A stretch of 64,000 nucleotides of DNA from Malacoraja senta (taxonomy: Eukaryota): the NCBI GenBank assembly GCA_038087875.1, contig JAXLNO010002254.1, positions 62,001-126,000 of the forward strand, read 5' to 3'. The notes under the pieces are model-generated. The model saw only the letters and a program-made list of their open reading frames with translations, searched no databases and was not told the origin of the DNA. Made by a program: the position numbers and the translations under genes. How positions within the stretch are numbered: position 1 is the first letter of the stretch; the number at the start of each line of letters is the position of its first letter. Below are positions 50,101-61,413 of the stretch, piece by piece.

Positions 50101-50913
50101 TATGAAACTGGAAAATTACTTTCATTTCAACAATTACAAATAAAATATAAACTCGGAAATAATCAATATTTTAAATACTTTCAAATATGCGACTATTTGA
50201 AAAAATATATAAAAGATCATTATAATAATCCAGTAGATGTATTGGACAAGGCAATGCAGATAAAAGCGGAATCAGCAAACTTAATATCATATTTGTACAA
50301 TATTATCTTAAATGTACAAATACCACCTACGGAGGGTATCAGAAGAGACTGGGAACAAGAGTTAGCTATTAAAATTTCAAAGGAAAGTTGGAATGAATAC
50401 TTATTAAAAGTACATAAATGCTCGATTAATGTAAGACACACTTTAATACAATTTAAAATTTTACATAGATTATATTATTCGAAAACTAAAATTCATAAAA
50501 TTTTCCCAAACGTATCATCTATTTGTGATAAATGTCAATCCCAAGAAGCAACTATAGCGCACTCATTTGTCTTCTGTACAAAAATTCAAAAATTTTGGAA
50601 TGAAATTTTTGAAATCTTTACAAAGTTATTTAAAACAAGACTGATACCCAAAGCAGAATGGATTATCTTCGGAATAACGGAAGATGATCCAGAACTAAAT
50701 GTGTTTCAAAAGAAATTAATGGATTATGGGTTAATAACTGGAAAAAAGCTAATTCTAAAATTTTGGAAGAAGGCTCCAATACCAACTATAAATATGTGGA
50801 TTTCAAATATGTTTGAAACACTACACCTTGAAGAGATAAGACTCCTCCTAGCAGGTAAACCAGATCACTTCCACCTGACGTGGTCTGCATTTATAGAATT
50901 ATTACAAACATAG
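47122..50913 (+). CDS. L1 ORF2p (APE endonuclease, reverse transcriptase, C-terminal CCHC), 1263 aa
   Basis: SWNIRG, LQETH, NIYAPN, GGDFN, RIDYF, SDH; PGPDG, DAEKAFD, RQGCSLSP, YADD; CDKC..HSFVFC. Confidence 0.97.
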   Translation: MHDTTQKNLGGISFCSWNIRGINEPIKRGKILAQLKMYNSDITFLQETHLKPQDQVRLRAKWIGQTYHSSFTSKSRGTSIIIRKGIPFKAKNIITDIEGRYLIVNGEIHDTPLTLVNIYAPNFDNPHFFNKIFNIIAESNYQNVIIGGDFNCVLDPYLDKSSQKQRGNMKSKTGELLNTYINNTNIADVWRIVNPTGREYSFYSMVHKTYSRIDYFLLDTKLIPQTSNAIYHTNSISDHSPLTFFLKLEGLSKNNSFWRFNSQILKDPQASIYLKEQMEVFFQTNDTSDISPTLLWESFKAYIRGIIISYQAFQNKKNKNEQRQLEELIRQMDIDNAKDPTIDKHNKIIILKFKLNKLLSAKLIRLFQITKQEHFEFGDKPHKLLARQLKKREKEHTIPKIKSDKGELLTTPKDINKRFAQFYENLYTSKTIIDSNNITKFLDTCNLPKLELKEQEELGAQISIKELEDTINSLKNGKTPGPDGFTNEFYKNFYDKIIPRLQKMYQYAFKKRILPDTLAESTITLIPKKNKDLEDPGSYRAIALLNTDQKILAKTLARRLSKYISKLINPDQTGFIPKRYSSNNMRRLLNIMHSHKPEDQELSIISLDAEKAFDQVEWNYMDKVLQKFQLGENFILWIKLLYNKPTARILTNNILSSKFQLSRGNRQGCSLSPQLFALIIEPLAEKIRIHPDIHGYNTKDSYNKISLYADDILLYITKPQITIPNILNLIEDFGSFSGYRINWNKSEIMSIKPKDSTHLLKFPFKIATEKFKYLGIEITRAYQGMLRANFDPLLNKLNTLIKFWKTLPMSLIGRINAIKMIFLPQILYLFQSIPIYLPKKFFKKLDSDITNFIWDYKSHRIQKTHLNKSKVLGGLALPNFMYYYWSVNIKNMIQLMDNSAQQVDWIVMEKEDCSSRNIGAILLSPMKLNNINYNKNPIIHSTIRIWKQIKQNLKLRNLSLLLPIVNNPSFSPSIIDKAYTQWDRLGIKTLGDLYETGKLLSFQQLQIKYKLGNNQYFKYFQICDYLKKYIKDHYNNPVDVLDKAMQIKAESANLISYLYNIILNVQIPPTEGIRRDWEQELAIKISKESWNEYLLKVHKCSINVRHTLIQFKILHRLYYSKTKIHKIFPNVSSICDKCQSQEATIAHSFVFCTKIQKFWNEIFEIFTKLFKTRLIPKAEWIIFGITEDDPELNVFQKKLMDYGLITGKKLILKFWKKAPIPTINMWISNMFETLHLEEIRLLLAGKPDHFHLTWSAFIELLQT

Positions 50914-51345
50914 GGTGCAAAAGTACTTTAAAAAAATAAAAAATTGAGGTCGGGTAAGGGGGGATGATAGTTGAAGAGTTGGTATGTCCTATTTACGTGA
51001 TGCTCAAAAAAAAAAACATTTGTTTTTATTTTTTTCTCTCTCTCTTTTCTTTTCTTAGGGCCTATTTCTTAACTCTTTTACTTTTTGTTTTTAATTTCGC
51101 TCTCATAGGGTCCTCGTCCTTTTTTTTTGTTGTTACATTTTCTACACTTTTCTACACTTGCACTTTTTCCTTCACTTTCTTCTCTCTTTCAATCTTTTCT
51201 TTCTTTAGTGTAAAAAAAAAAAATAAAGGGAGTACATTAATTGTAAGAAGATATAAATGACGAGTATTAATGTATGTGGCTGTGATGTAATGTACTTCTA
51301 ATAAATAAAAATTAAAAAAAAATAAAAAATAAAAAAAAATAAAAA

Positions 51346-53230
51346 AGAATCTTTCTTCCTCTTTGGAATGAAATGATCCTGCATCTTCTGGATTATTCCC
51401 AGAAATTCCTGCCATTGCTGTTGCACCGTCATCCCTGCTAGCATCCCTTTCCAGTCAACTTTGGCCAGCTCCTCCCTCATGCCTCATAGTCCCCTTTGTT
51501 CAACTGCAATAGTGACAGTTCTGATTTTACCTTCTCCCTCTCAAAATGCAGATTAAAACGTATCATATTATGGGTCACTACCTCCAAATGGTTCATTTAC
51601 CTTGAGTTCCATTATCAAATCCGGTTCATTCCATAACACTAAATCCAGAATTGCCTTCTCCTTGTCGGCTCCAGTACAAGCTGCTCTAAGAATCCATCAC
51701 GGAGGCACTCTACAAACTCCCTTTCTTGGGGTCCAGTGCCAACCTGATTTTCCCAGTCCACCTGCATATTGAAATCTCCCATAACCACCGTAGCATTACT
51801 TTTGTTACATGCCAATTTTAACTCCTGATGCAACTTGCACCCTATAACCGGGCAAAGAGACAAGAGATTTAATAAAGTAGACCATACAGAAAAGTAAGTG
51901 CATGGTTTGTATCTAAACTGAACTTTATCAATTGCAAGACAAAGTTGACAATAGACAATAGGTGCAGGAGTAGTCCATTTGGCCATTCAAGCCAGCACTG
52001 CCATTCAATGTGATCATGGCTGATCATCCACAATCAGTACCCCGTTCCTGCCTTCTTCCCATATCCCCTGACTCCGCTATCTATAAGAGCTCTATCTAGC
52101 TCTCTCTATAAAGTTTCCAGAGAACCTGCCTCCACCGCCCTCTGAGACAGAGAATCCCACTGACTCACAACTCTCCGTAAAAAAAAGTGTTTCCTCATCT
52201 CCGTTCGAAATGGCTTACCCCTTATTCTTAAACTGTGGCCCCAGGTTCTGGACTCCCCCCAACATCGGGAACATGTTTCCTCCCTCTAGCGTGTCCAAAC
52301 CCTCAATAATCTTATATGTTTTAATAAGATCTCATAGAAATATAGAAAAATAGAAAATAGGTGCAGGAGGAGGCCATTCGGCCCTTCAAGCCAGCACCAC
52401 CATTCATTGTGATCATGGCTGTTCGTCCCTTATCAATAACTCGTGCCTGCCTTCTCCCCTAGCCCCTAGAGCTCTATGTAGCTCTCTCTTAAATCCATCC
52501 AGTGACGGCCTCCACTGCCCTCTGTGGCAGGGAATTCCATAAATTCACAACTCTCTGGGTGAAAAGGTTTTTTCTCACCTCAGTCTTAAATGACCTCCCC
52601 TTTATTCTAAGATTGTGGCCCCTGGTTCTGGACTCGCCCAACATCGGGAACATTTTTCCTGCATCTAGCTTGTCCAGTCCTTTTATAATTGTATCTGTTT
52701 CTATAAGATCGCCCCTCATCCTTCTAAACTCCAGTGAATACAAGCCTAGTCTTTTCAATCTTTCCTCATATGACAGTCCCGCCATCCCAGGGATCAATCT
52801 CGTGAACCTAGGCTGCACCGCTTCAATCACAAGGATGTCCTTCCTCAAATTAGGAGACCAAAACTGTACACAATACTCCAGATGTGGTCACACCAGAGCC
52901 CCATACAACTTCAGAAGAACCTCTTTACTCCTATACTGAAATCCTCTTGTTATGAAGGCCAACATTCCATTAGCTTTCTTCACTGCCTGCTGTACCTATA
53001 AGTCAACTTTCAGTGATCGGTGAACAAGGACGCCCAGGTCTCGCTGCACCCCCCCCCCCTTACCTAACCTAACCCCATTGAGATAATAATCTGCCCCCTT
53101 GTTTTGCCGCCAAAGTAGATATTCTATCCCTAACTTCTCTTGTCAGCCACGGTTGCCTCCTACTCCCCTTAGAATCTTTCTTCCTTTTTGGAATGAAATG
53201 ATCCTGCGTCTTCCGGATTATGCCCAGATT
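51346..53230 (-). mobile_element. Stack of - strand CR1 fragments (also 44770-45052 and 56235-57160)
   Basis: ORFs 51298, 51639, 52489 and 56331: GDFNMQVDW, LEPTR, RRMRGDLIET, RTRGH. Confidence 0.85.
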
Positions 53231-53234
53231 ACGC

Positions 53235-56200
53235 CCAGTGGAAGGCAGGAGGCAGAGAAGGGAAGCACTCAGACCCAAAATGTAGGGGAGAAAGAAGAAA
53301 AAGATAATAAACAGAGAATAAGTGGTGGTGGGTTTCTTAAATGTGTATATTTTAATGCTAGGAGCATTGTAAGAAAGGTGGATGAGCTTGGAGCCTGGAT
53401 TGACACCTGGAAGTATGATGTTGTGGCGATCAGTGAAACATGGTTGCAGGAGGGCTGTGATTGGAAACTAAATATTCCAGGATTTCGTTGCTTCAGGGGT
53501 GATAGAATGGGAGGGGCAAGAGGTGGGGGTGTTGCATTGCTTGTCAAGGAAGATATTACAGCAGTGCTTTGGCAGGATAGATTAGAGGGCTCGTCTAGGG
53601 AGGCTATTTGGGTGGGACTGAGAAATGGGAAAGGTGTAGCAACACTTATAGGGGTGTATTATAGACCGCCAAATGGGGAGCAAGAATTGGAAGAGCAAAT
53701 ATGTAAGGAGATAGCAGATATTAGTAGTAAGCACAAGGTAGTGATTGTGGGAGATTTCAATTTTCCACACATAGACTGGGAAACACATTCTGTAAAAGGG
53801 CTGGATGGTTTGGAGTTTGCAAAATGTGTGCAGGATAGTTTTTTGCAGCAATACATAGAGGTACCTACTAGAGAAGGGCAGTGCTGGACCTCCTGTTAGG
53901 AAATGAGACAGGGCAGGTGGCAGAGGTATGCGTTGGGGAGCACTTCAGGTCCAGTGATCACAATACCATTAGTTTCAATATAATTATGGAGAGGGTCAGA
54001 ACTGGACCAAGGGTTGAGATTTTTGATTGGAGAAAGGCTAACTTTGAGGAGATGCGAAAGGATTTAAAAGGAGTGAATTGGGACATGTTGTTTTATGCGA
54101 AGAATGTAGTAGAGAATTGGAGGACATTTAAAGGTGACATTTTAAGAGTACAGAATCTTTATGTCCCTGTTCGGTTGAAAGGAAATAGTAAAAATTGGAA
54201 AGAGCCATGGTTTTCAAGGGAAATTGGACACTTGGTTCGGAAAAAGAGAGAGATCTACAATAATTATAGGCAGCATGGAGTAAATGAGGTGCTTGAGGAG
54301 TATAAAGAATGTAAAAAGAATATTAAGAAAGAAATTAGAAAATATAAAAGAAGATATGAGGTTGCTTTGGCAAGTAAGGTGAAAGTAAATCCAAAGCGTT
54401 TCTACAGCTATATTAATAGCAAAAGGATAACAAGGAATAAAATTGGTCCATTAGAGAGTCAGAGTGGACAGCTATCTGCAGAGCCAAAAGAGATGGGGGA
54501 GATATTGAACAATGTCTTTTCTTCGGTATTCACCAAGGAGAAGGATATGGAATTATGTGAGGTAAGGGAAACAAGTAGAGTAGCTATGGAAACTATGAGA
54601 TTCACAGAAGAGGAGGTGCGGACACTTTTGAAAAATATGAAAACGAATAAGTCTCCAGGTCCTGACAGGATATTCCCTAGGACATTGAGGGAAGTTAGTG
54701 TAGAAATAGCAGGGGCTTTGACAGAAATATTTCAAATGTCATTAGAAACGGCAATAGTGCCGGAGGATTGGCGTACTGCGCCTGTTGTTCCGTTGTTTAA
54801 AAAGGGTTCTAAGCATAAACCAAGCAATTATAGACCTGTTAGTTTGACGTCAGTGGTGGGCAAATTAATGGAAAGGATACTTAGAGATAATATATATAAG
54901 CATCTGGATAAGCAGGGTCTGATTAGGAACAGTCAACATGGATTTGTGCCTGGAAGGTCATGTTTGACTAATCTTGAATTTTTCGAAGAGGTTACTAGGG
55001 AAATTGATGAGGGTAAAGCAGTGGATGTTGTCTATATGGACTTCAGTAAGGTCTTTGACAAGGTTCCTCATGGAAGGTTGGTTAAGAAGATTCATTTGTT
55101 GGGTATTAATGGTGGATTAGCAAGATGGATTCAACAGTGGCTGAATGGGAGATGCCAGAGAGTAATGGTGGATGGCTGTTTGTCAGGTTGGAGGCCAGTG
55201 ACTAGTGGGGTGCCTCAGGGGTCTGTGTTGGGTCCACTGTTGTTTGTCATGTACATCAATGATCTGGATGATGGTGTGGAAAATTGGATTAGTAAGTATG
55301 CAGATGATACTAAGATAGGTGGTGTTGTGAATAATGAAGTAGATTTTCAAAGTCTACAGAGAGATTTAGGCCATTTGGAAGAGTGGGCTGAAAGATGGCA
55401 GATGGAGTTTAATGCTGATAAATGTGAGGCGCTACATCTCGGCAGGACAAATCAAAATAGGACGTACATGGTAAATGGTAGCGAATTGAGGAATGCAGTT
55501 GAACAGAGGGATCTAGGAATAACTGTGCATAGTTCCCTGAAGGTGGAATCTCATGTAGATAGGGTGGTAAAGAAAGCTTTTGGTGTGCTGGCCTTTATAA
55601 ATCAGAGCATTGAATATAGAAGTTGGGATGTAATGTTAAAATTGTACAAGGCATTGGCGAGGCCAATTCTGGAGTATGGGGTACAATTTTGGTCGCCTAA
55701 TTATAGGAAGGATGTCAACAAAATAGAGAGAGTACAGAGGAGATTTACTAGAATGTTGCCTGGGCTTCAGCAACTAAGTTACAGAGAAAGGTTGAACAAG
55801 CTAGGTCTTTATTCTTTGGAGCGCAGAAGGTTAAGAGGGGACTTGATAGAGGTCTTTAAAATGATGAGCGGGTTAGACAGAGTTGACGTGGATAAGCGTT
55901 TCCCATTGAGAGTAGGGAAGATTCAAACAAGGGGACATGACTTGAGAATTAAGGGACAGAAGTTTAGGGGTAACATTAGGGGGAACTTCTTTACTCGGAG
56001 AGTGGTAGCTGTGTGGAATGAGCTTCCAGTGGAAGTGGTGGACGCAGGTTGGATTTTATCCTTTAAAAATAGATTGGATGTGTATATGGATGGGAAAGGA
56101 ATGGAGGGTTATGGTCTTAGTGCAGGTAGATGGGACTAGGGGGAAGTAAAATTTAAAAAAAATTAAAAAGTGTTTGGCACGGACTTGAAGGGCCGAGATG

Positions 56201-56235
56201 GCCTGTTTCCGTGCTGTAATGGTTATATGGTTATA
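53235..56235 (+). mobile_element. CR1 of a second subfamily with nearly complete ORF2 (endonuclease plus RT), one frameshift near 53880
   Basis: 53099-53899: YFNARSI..ISETW..GGGVALLV..YYRPP..GDFNFPHIDW. 53881-56139: LDLLL..SSDH..KSPGPD..QHGF..PQGSVLGP..YADD. Tail ggttatat repeat. Confidence 0.93.
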
Positions 56236-57859
56236 TTCCTGCCATTGCTGTTCCACCGTCATTCCTGCTGGGATCCCTTTCCAGACTACCTTGGCCAGCT
56301 CCCCTCTCATGCCTTCATAGTCCCCTTTGTTCAACTGCATCTCTGACACTTCCGATTTAACCTTCTCCCTCTCATCCTTCTAAATTCCAGAGTGTAGAAG
56401 CACAGCCGCGCCATTCTCTCAGCATATGACTGTCCCGCCATTCCGGGAATTAACCTTGTGATCCTTCGCTGCACTCCCTCAATAGCAAGAGTGTCCTTCC
56501 TCAAATTTGGAGACCAAAATTGCACACAACACTCCAGGTGTGGTCTCACTAGGGCCCAACTACAGAATGACCTCTTTGCTCCAAAACTTAACTCTTGTTA
56601 TGAAGGCCAACAAGCCATTCACTTTCTTCACTGCCTGTGGTACCTGCATGCTTACTTTCATTAACTGATGAACAACGACCCCCAGATCCCGTTGTACTTC
56701 CCCTTTTCCCAACTTGACACCATAATCTGCCTTCCAGTTTTTGCTACCAAAGTGGATAACCTCACATTTATCCACATTAAACAGCATCTGCCATGTATCT
56801 GCCCACTCACCCAACCTGTCCACGTCACCCTGCATTGCCACAGCATCCTCCTCACAGTTCACCCAGCTTTGTGTCATCTGCAAATTTGCTAATGTTACTT
56901 GTAATCCCTTCATCTAAATTATTGATGTAAATAGCTGTGGTCCCAGCACCGAGCCTTGCGGTACCCCACTAGTCACTGCCTGCCATTCTGAAAGGGACCC
57001 GTTAATCCCTACTCTTTGTTGGCCCTACTAATATAATTTTACATGAGAGCAACTATGATGAACAGTTTTGGCACCGGAAATCATGTGGTGGAATAGACAA
57101 AAGATAATAGGTGCAGGAGTAGGCCATTCGGCCCTTCGAGCCAGCACTGCCATTCAATGAAATCTTGGAGAAGAGAGAAGATAAATCAAAAATGTCAACG
57201 AAATAGAGCACTTCACAAAAGGGAAATCATATATTTGTGGACAACTTCAGTCTTCATATAGAAAGGAAACAAAATGCTGAATTCGTGGGAAGATGAATTT
57301 GAAACTAAAATGAGTCTGGAAACGATGCATCCGAGACGAATGCTGGAAATTCCCAGCAATTCAGAGAACAATTAAGGAAAGAAAAAGTTTGTTAACATCT
57401 GACATTGAAGTTCTAACAAAGGGTCTTCCTCCTCATACATTAGTTGTGTTTCTCTTTCCACAGATGACTCTGGATATCTTGTGGAACATGACAGAATTAG
57501 CTGGTAGCTTCACAACAAAGAATCCTCTGGGAAACCATGTTTAAATGACAGGAATGTACATTGATCTTATAAGTGATAAAGCGAAATTAGAAATGTATAA
57601 TGTCATTTACTGATATATTAAAGTATTTGATGAGGAAATTAGATGAAAGGTTATGACAGTAGGTAAACAATAGTAACTATTTAAAGGCAAGGATCAGTCC
57701 AGGATAATATCTTAGTAGGTGCAAGGCACCTGCAATGTTTCCAAGATTACAGCTGATAAGAAGGTGGGTGGCAAAACAACTCACCAGATTCCCAGAAAAT
57801 GACATAACAGGAAAAGTTAAAACAAGATAAAGAAAGAATAACATTTAATTGTTCTTCCC

Positions 57860-58450
57860 ACAATGTACCACAACAGTTTGAGGTCCGTCCACTCACCTAT
57901 TTCCTCCGGCACCCATCCTTGCCGTGTGTTCACCATCCCCCCTGACCCCCCCTCATCCAACCTCATCTCTTGCATCCACTGCTCTAGGTGTCAGCTGCTC
58001 TACATCGGTCAGATCAAGCATAGGTTTGGCGATCGCTTCGCCCAACACCTCTGCTCAGTTCGCAATAACCAATCTGATCTCCCAGTGGCTCAGCACTTCA
58101 ACTCCCCCTCCCATTCCGAATCCGACCTTTCTGTCCTGGGCCTCCTCCATGGCCAGAGTGAGTCCCACTGCAAATTGGAGGAGCAGCATCTCATATTTCG
58201 TTGGGGTAGTTTACACCCCAGCGGTACGGATATTGACTTCTCCAATTTCAGGAAGTCCTTACTTTCTCACTCTTTCCCCTCCGCTTCCTAGCTCTCCCAC
58301 AGCCCACTGTCTTCGCCTCTTTCTTTCTTCTTCCCGCCCCCCCACCCCCACATCCGTCTGAAGAAGGGTCTCGACCCGAAACGTCACCTATTCCTTCGTT
58401 CCATAGATGCTGCCTCATCTGCTGAGTTCCTCCAACATTTTTATCTACAA
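57860..58450 (+). mobile_element. Penelope-like element 3' fragment with an intact hammerhead core
   Basis: ORF 57863: NLISCIHCSRCQLLYIGQIKHRFGDRFAQH..KLEEQHLIF; CTGAAGA-AGGGTCTCGACCC-GAAA-CGTC at 58358-58385. Confidence 0.88.
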
Positions 58451-58856
58451 CAATTTGATTAATATTTTTGGTGATATAAGTTGGTCATTCTGATCATATT
58501 AATAATCCTCAAAGCAATACTCTCTTACTTTCACTTCCTTTATAATGTCCCAAAGTATCCAGCAAAGTGCCTTACCTAAATTGGGCATGAACCACACTTC
58601 CTTCAAACAGTCACTGTCAGTTTACTGGGGAATCAATGTCAGATTCCAATGTCTGACAAAATTCCAGAAGTTAACAACAATTATTATGGAAAGTAATTGT
58701 GATTAATGTTAAAAGAAAAATTAGTTGATGAGCGAACACAAGTCTGTGCTCTTGAACCAAAGCCTGCATTGTTCCACCATTGCCCTGGCTACCAATGCAC
58801 CGTGCCATCACTACAATGCTCCTAATGAAGAAATAGATTGGTTACTTTGGACATAC

Positions 58857-58994
58857 AAAGGTAATCGTCATCACGGAGCTCCCGTTGTTCTGTGTAAATT
58901 ATTCTCTCCTTATTTCGTAAATTATAACTTATTTTTTCTGTCTCTTTGGTCATTTCCTCGCTTGTGGATCCCGAAGTCTTTCTGGTGGAGACAA
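58857..58994 (-). CDS. PRDM9: PRDM9-like exon containing the SSXRD region, ending just before the PR/SET zinc knuckle
   Basis: Acceptor ttccAG at 58996-58995 and donor GTatgt at 58856; 138 nt, phase 1/1. Reads (V)VSTRKTSGSTSEEMTKETEKISYNLRNKERIIYTEQRELRDDDYL, matching recalled human [24 protein letters not shown], which also ends an exon. Confidence 0.85.
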
Positions 58995-59215
58995 CTGGAA
59001 AAAGAAAGCCAAAAATAAACCTAATTACATTGTTTCAAGTCAGATAAGTGGTTGACCTGTAAAATATGGAAGTTAGTTACATAATATGCAACATGTTCTA
59101 TGAATTGAATTTAAATGACATGGTGGTAGTCAGATGGTCATTATCTCATATCAATTATTTACTGTAATGCACAGGAGTCACTCATTTTGAGTTTCACTTT
59201 TACAAACAGAATTAC

Positions 59216-59339
59216 CTGTTGCTCTTTTGATTCTTTTAACCAACACTGTGCCTTCCTTTGTTTCTTCAGTGGCTCCTCCCAAATCTCCTTTGTCCTCCCC
59301 TGTATATGACGTGACCTGTGATGAGACATTTTGTTGAAA
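59216..59339 (-). CDS. PRDM9: PRDM9-like linker exon
   Basis: Acceptor cacAG and donor GTaatt; 124 nt, phase 0/1, so it joins both neighbours in frame. Reads FQQNVSSQVTSYTGEDKGDLGGATEETKEGTVLVKRIKRAT. Confidence 0.7.
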
Positions 59340-59786
59340 CTGTGATTCATAAGGACACAAATAAATTGTTTCTACTTCTTCTCGATTATTTCTTCCATCG
59401 CATTATTAACTGAGATACTCAACTCAACTAGTAATAGAAGCAGTAACTGCCTAGTGTGCAATATTTCATTGAGCTCTCACCTTTCATACTCTACACTGAA
59501 ATGAAGTTTGATATTGTCAGCAAATGTGGGAACAATTGATCACTTTCAACAATATATATATATTTGCGAATGATAGCAGCTGACTCCACAGCAGTGATGA
59601 TGATTTTTCTAAACAGCAGTAATTTCTGTCTTGTAGAAAATAAAATGCTAATGTAGAACCACTCTGTTAATTCATAAAAGCGTATTCTCACTTCTCCTTT
59701 ATGCTGGGAATGATTTCTGTTCTTACCTTTATGACAAGATTCCATTTGGTATTCTTGCCATTTTCATTGTTAAAAGGAGGCCTAAA

Positions 59787-60951
59787 GGGGGAGGGGCTGA
59801 GGCCGACGCGTCGCTGAGGGGGAGGGGCTGCGGCCGCCGCGTCGCTGAGGGGGAGGGGCTGAGGCCGCCGCGTCGCTGAGGGGGAGGGGCTGAGGCCGTC
59901 GCTGAGGGGGAGGGGCGTGGCTTGGGCTCGACGTCAACGTCAGCGCGCATGCAGATATTGCAATGGAGTTGCTGCTGTTACAGTGGAGCACCTGTTGCAG
60001 GGGACCTGGTGTTGCAGCGGAGCAGATGCTGCAGCGGAGCAGGTTCCTGCATTGAAGCTCCTGCAGTGAAGCAGCTTCTGTTGTAGAGCAGCCACTGCCA
60101 CAGTGGAGCATCTCCTGCAGCTGCAGGGAAAGTACAAGCCTCCACCATCTCCTCAGGCAGCGTGTCCCAGATTGCAACCACACTCTGGGTGAGTTTAATC
60201 TCATCCACGTCCGTTTTATTGTTCTGTTAGTATAGTCTGGTCTGCAGTTCCTTGTTCCATCATCTTATTCTAATTGCTGACTCCAAATACTACGTTTCCT
60301 CATCTGTTCTTGCCCCATCAGAGATATTCTCCCCTTTGTTCCACCAATCCACCACAACCTCTCTCGACAAGTGAAAAACTTGTTTTTGTTGCTCTTTCCT
60401 ACTCTGGTGAAGGGTCTCTGATCTGAAACTGAACTGTTTCTTTCTCCACAAATGCTGTCTAACAGCTGAATGTTTTTTGAATTTTCTTCCATTTTTATTT
60501 CAGATTTTCAGCATCTGCGGTTCTTTGCTTTACACGTTCATTTTGATGTTGTGACCTGTCAACAATGAATCAAAGGAGATCAGATACGTGGTGTCGTAAT
60601 CTACTGGGATTCAAGTAACTAGTAAGTGTTTCAATGGGAAGGTTCTGCCTACTCGGGATGGGACTCCATTTAAGTTTAGTTTAGAGATACAGCACGGAAA
60701 CAGGCCCTTCAGCCCACCGAGTCCAGGCCAACCAGCGATCCCCGCACACTAACACGATCCCACACACACTAGGGACAATTTACACTGAAACCAAGTAGCC
60801 CGTGGGCCGAGGTGCTTTTTCGTTTCATTTTGTGACCCAAATTACGTATCTACTTGTATTTGTAAAATATTATGTAAACAAATTATATAAATCATACCTG
60901 CAACTGGGAAAGAACAAAACTTGCACATATATTTAAAATATGAGAAAAACC
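59787..60951. other. 1165-bp composite insertion flanked by a 17-bp direct repeat
   Basis: ttaaaaggaggcctaaa at 59770-59786 and 60952-60968. The insert holds a GC-rich repeat of about 31 bp, a CR1 scrap and a copy of 62143-62675. Confidence 0.8.
60257..60786 (+). repeat. Direct duplication of about 530 bp (copy A; copy B at 62143-62675)
   Basis: Near-identical from ccatcatcttattctaattgctgactcc through agggacaattta.act. Confidence 0.95.
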
Positions 60952-61299
60952 TTAAAAGGAGGCCTAAACATTCTGAATCCTTGGGGAAAAAAAGTAACAC
61001 GTCAGCTCTGCTTTGGAGAAGCACAGACTGAATCTCAATAGTTTGGAAATGTTGGATATATCTAATGTAATTGAGTTTAAAATAAGCAACATATAAAAGT
61101 AAAAATTAGGAAAAGAAAATTTGCACTTAATGAATAACACATTTGGAAAAATGCATTCAAGTTTTCCACCACTCCAAAGTTAAGAATAAAATCAGCCTTG
61201 CAACAGATTCCATAGGCTAACGGCCAAATTGATTAGAATCAATTATTTTTTGAAAAACTGCATTTAATATTTCAAACAGATTTAAATTATGTTGTGGAT

Positions 61300-61413
61300 T
61301 TTTTGTCAGAAGTTTAGGTGTCCAATCCTCATCTGACTCGCTAGATTCATAAACTTGGGTTTGATGCTTTCTGCTCCGATTTGTCCCGAATTCTGGCTTT
61401 GGTACATTTAATC
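61300..61413 (-). CDS. PRDM9: PRDM9-like second KRAB-related exon (3' boundary uncertain)
   Basis: Acceptor tttttcacAG at 61415-61414. Reads (G)LNVPKPEFGTNRSRKHQTQVYESSESDEDWTPKLL, matching recalled human [36 protein letters not shown]. No strong donor follows; in-frame TAG at 61219-61217. Confidence 0.75.

Larger units (their letters stand above)
45053..51345 (+). mobile_element. Full-length L1-clade LINE, 6.3 kb, both ORFs intact
   Basis: TSD agaatctttcttcc at 45039-45052 and 51346-51359; CpG-rich 5' UTR starting cacttccggtggcg; spacer of about 800 bp between ORFs; A-rich tail at about 51300-51345. Inserted in a - strand CR1. Confidence 0.96.
59727..60979 (-). pseudogene. PRDM9: PRDM9-like 71-nt linker exon split by an insertion (5' part 60979-60969, 3' part 59786-59727)
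   Basis: Acceptor ccccaAG at 60981-60980 and donor GTaaga at 59726. Removing the insert and one 17-bp copy gives xGA-FRMFRPPFNNENGKNTKWNLVIK, phase 1/0. Confidence 0.65.

Noticed and set aside
51101-51120. GPYE motif on - as part of a PR/SET domain
   Set aside because: It lies within the L1 3' UTR, with no flanking similarity.
58576-58652. 77-nt AG/GT-flanked segment on - as the first PR/SET exon
   Set aside because: All three frames contain stops and there is no CExC..C..HG zinc knuckle.
60189-60194. GTGAGT donor suggesting a + strand exon inside the insertion
   Set aside because: It lies in a reverse-oriented CR1 3' scrap; likely coincidental.
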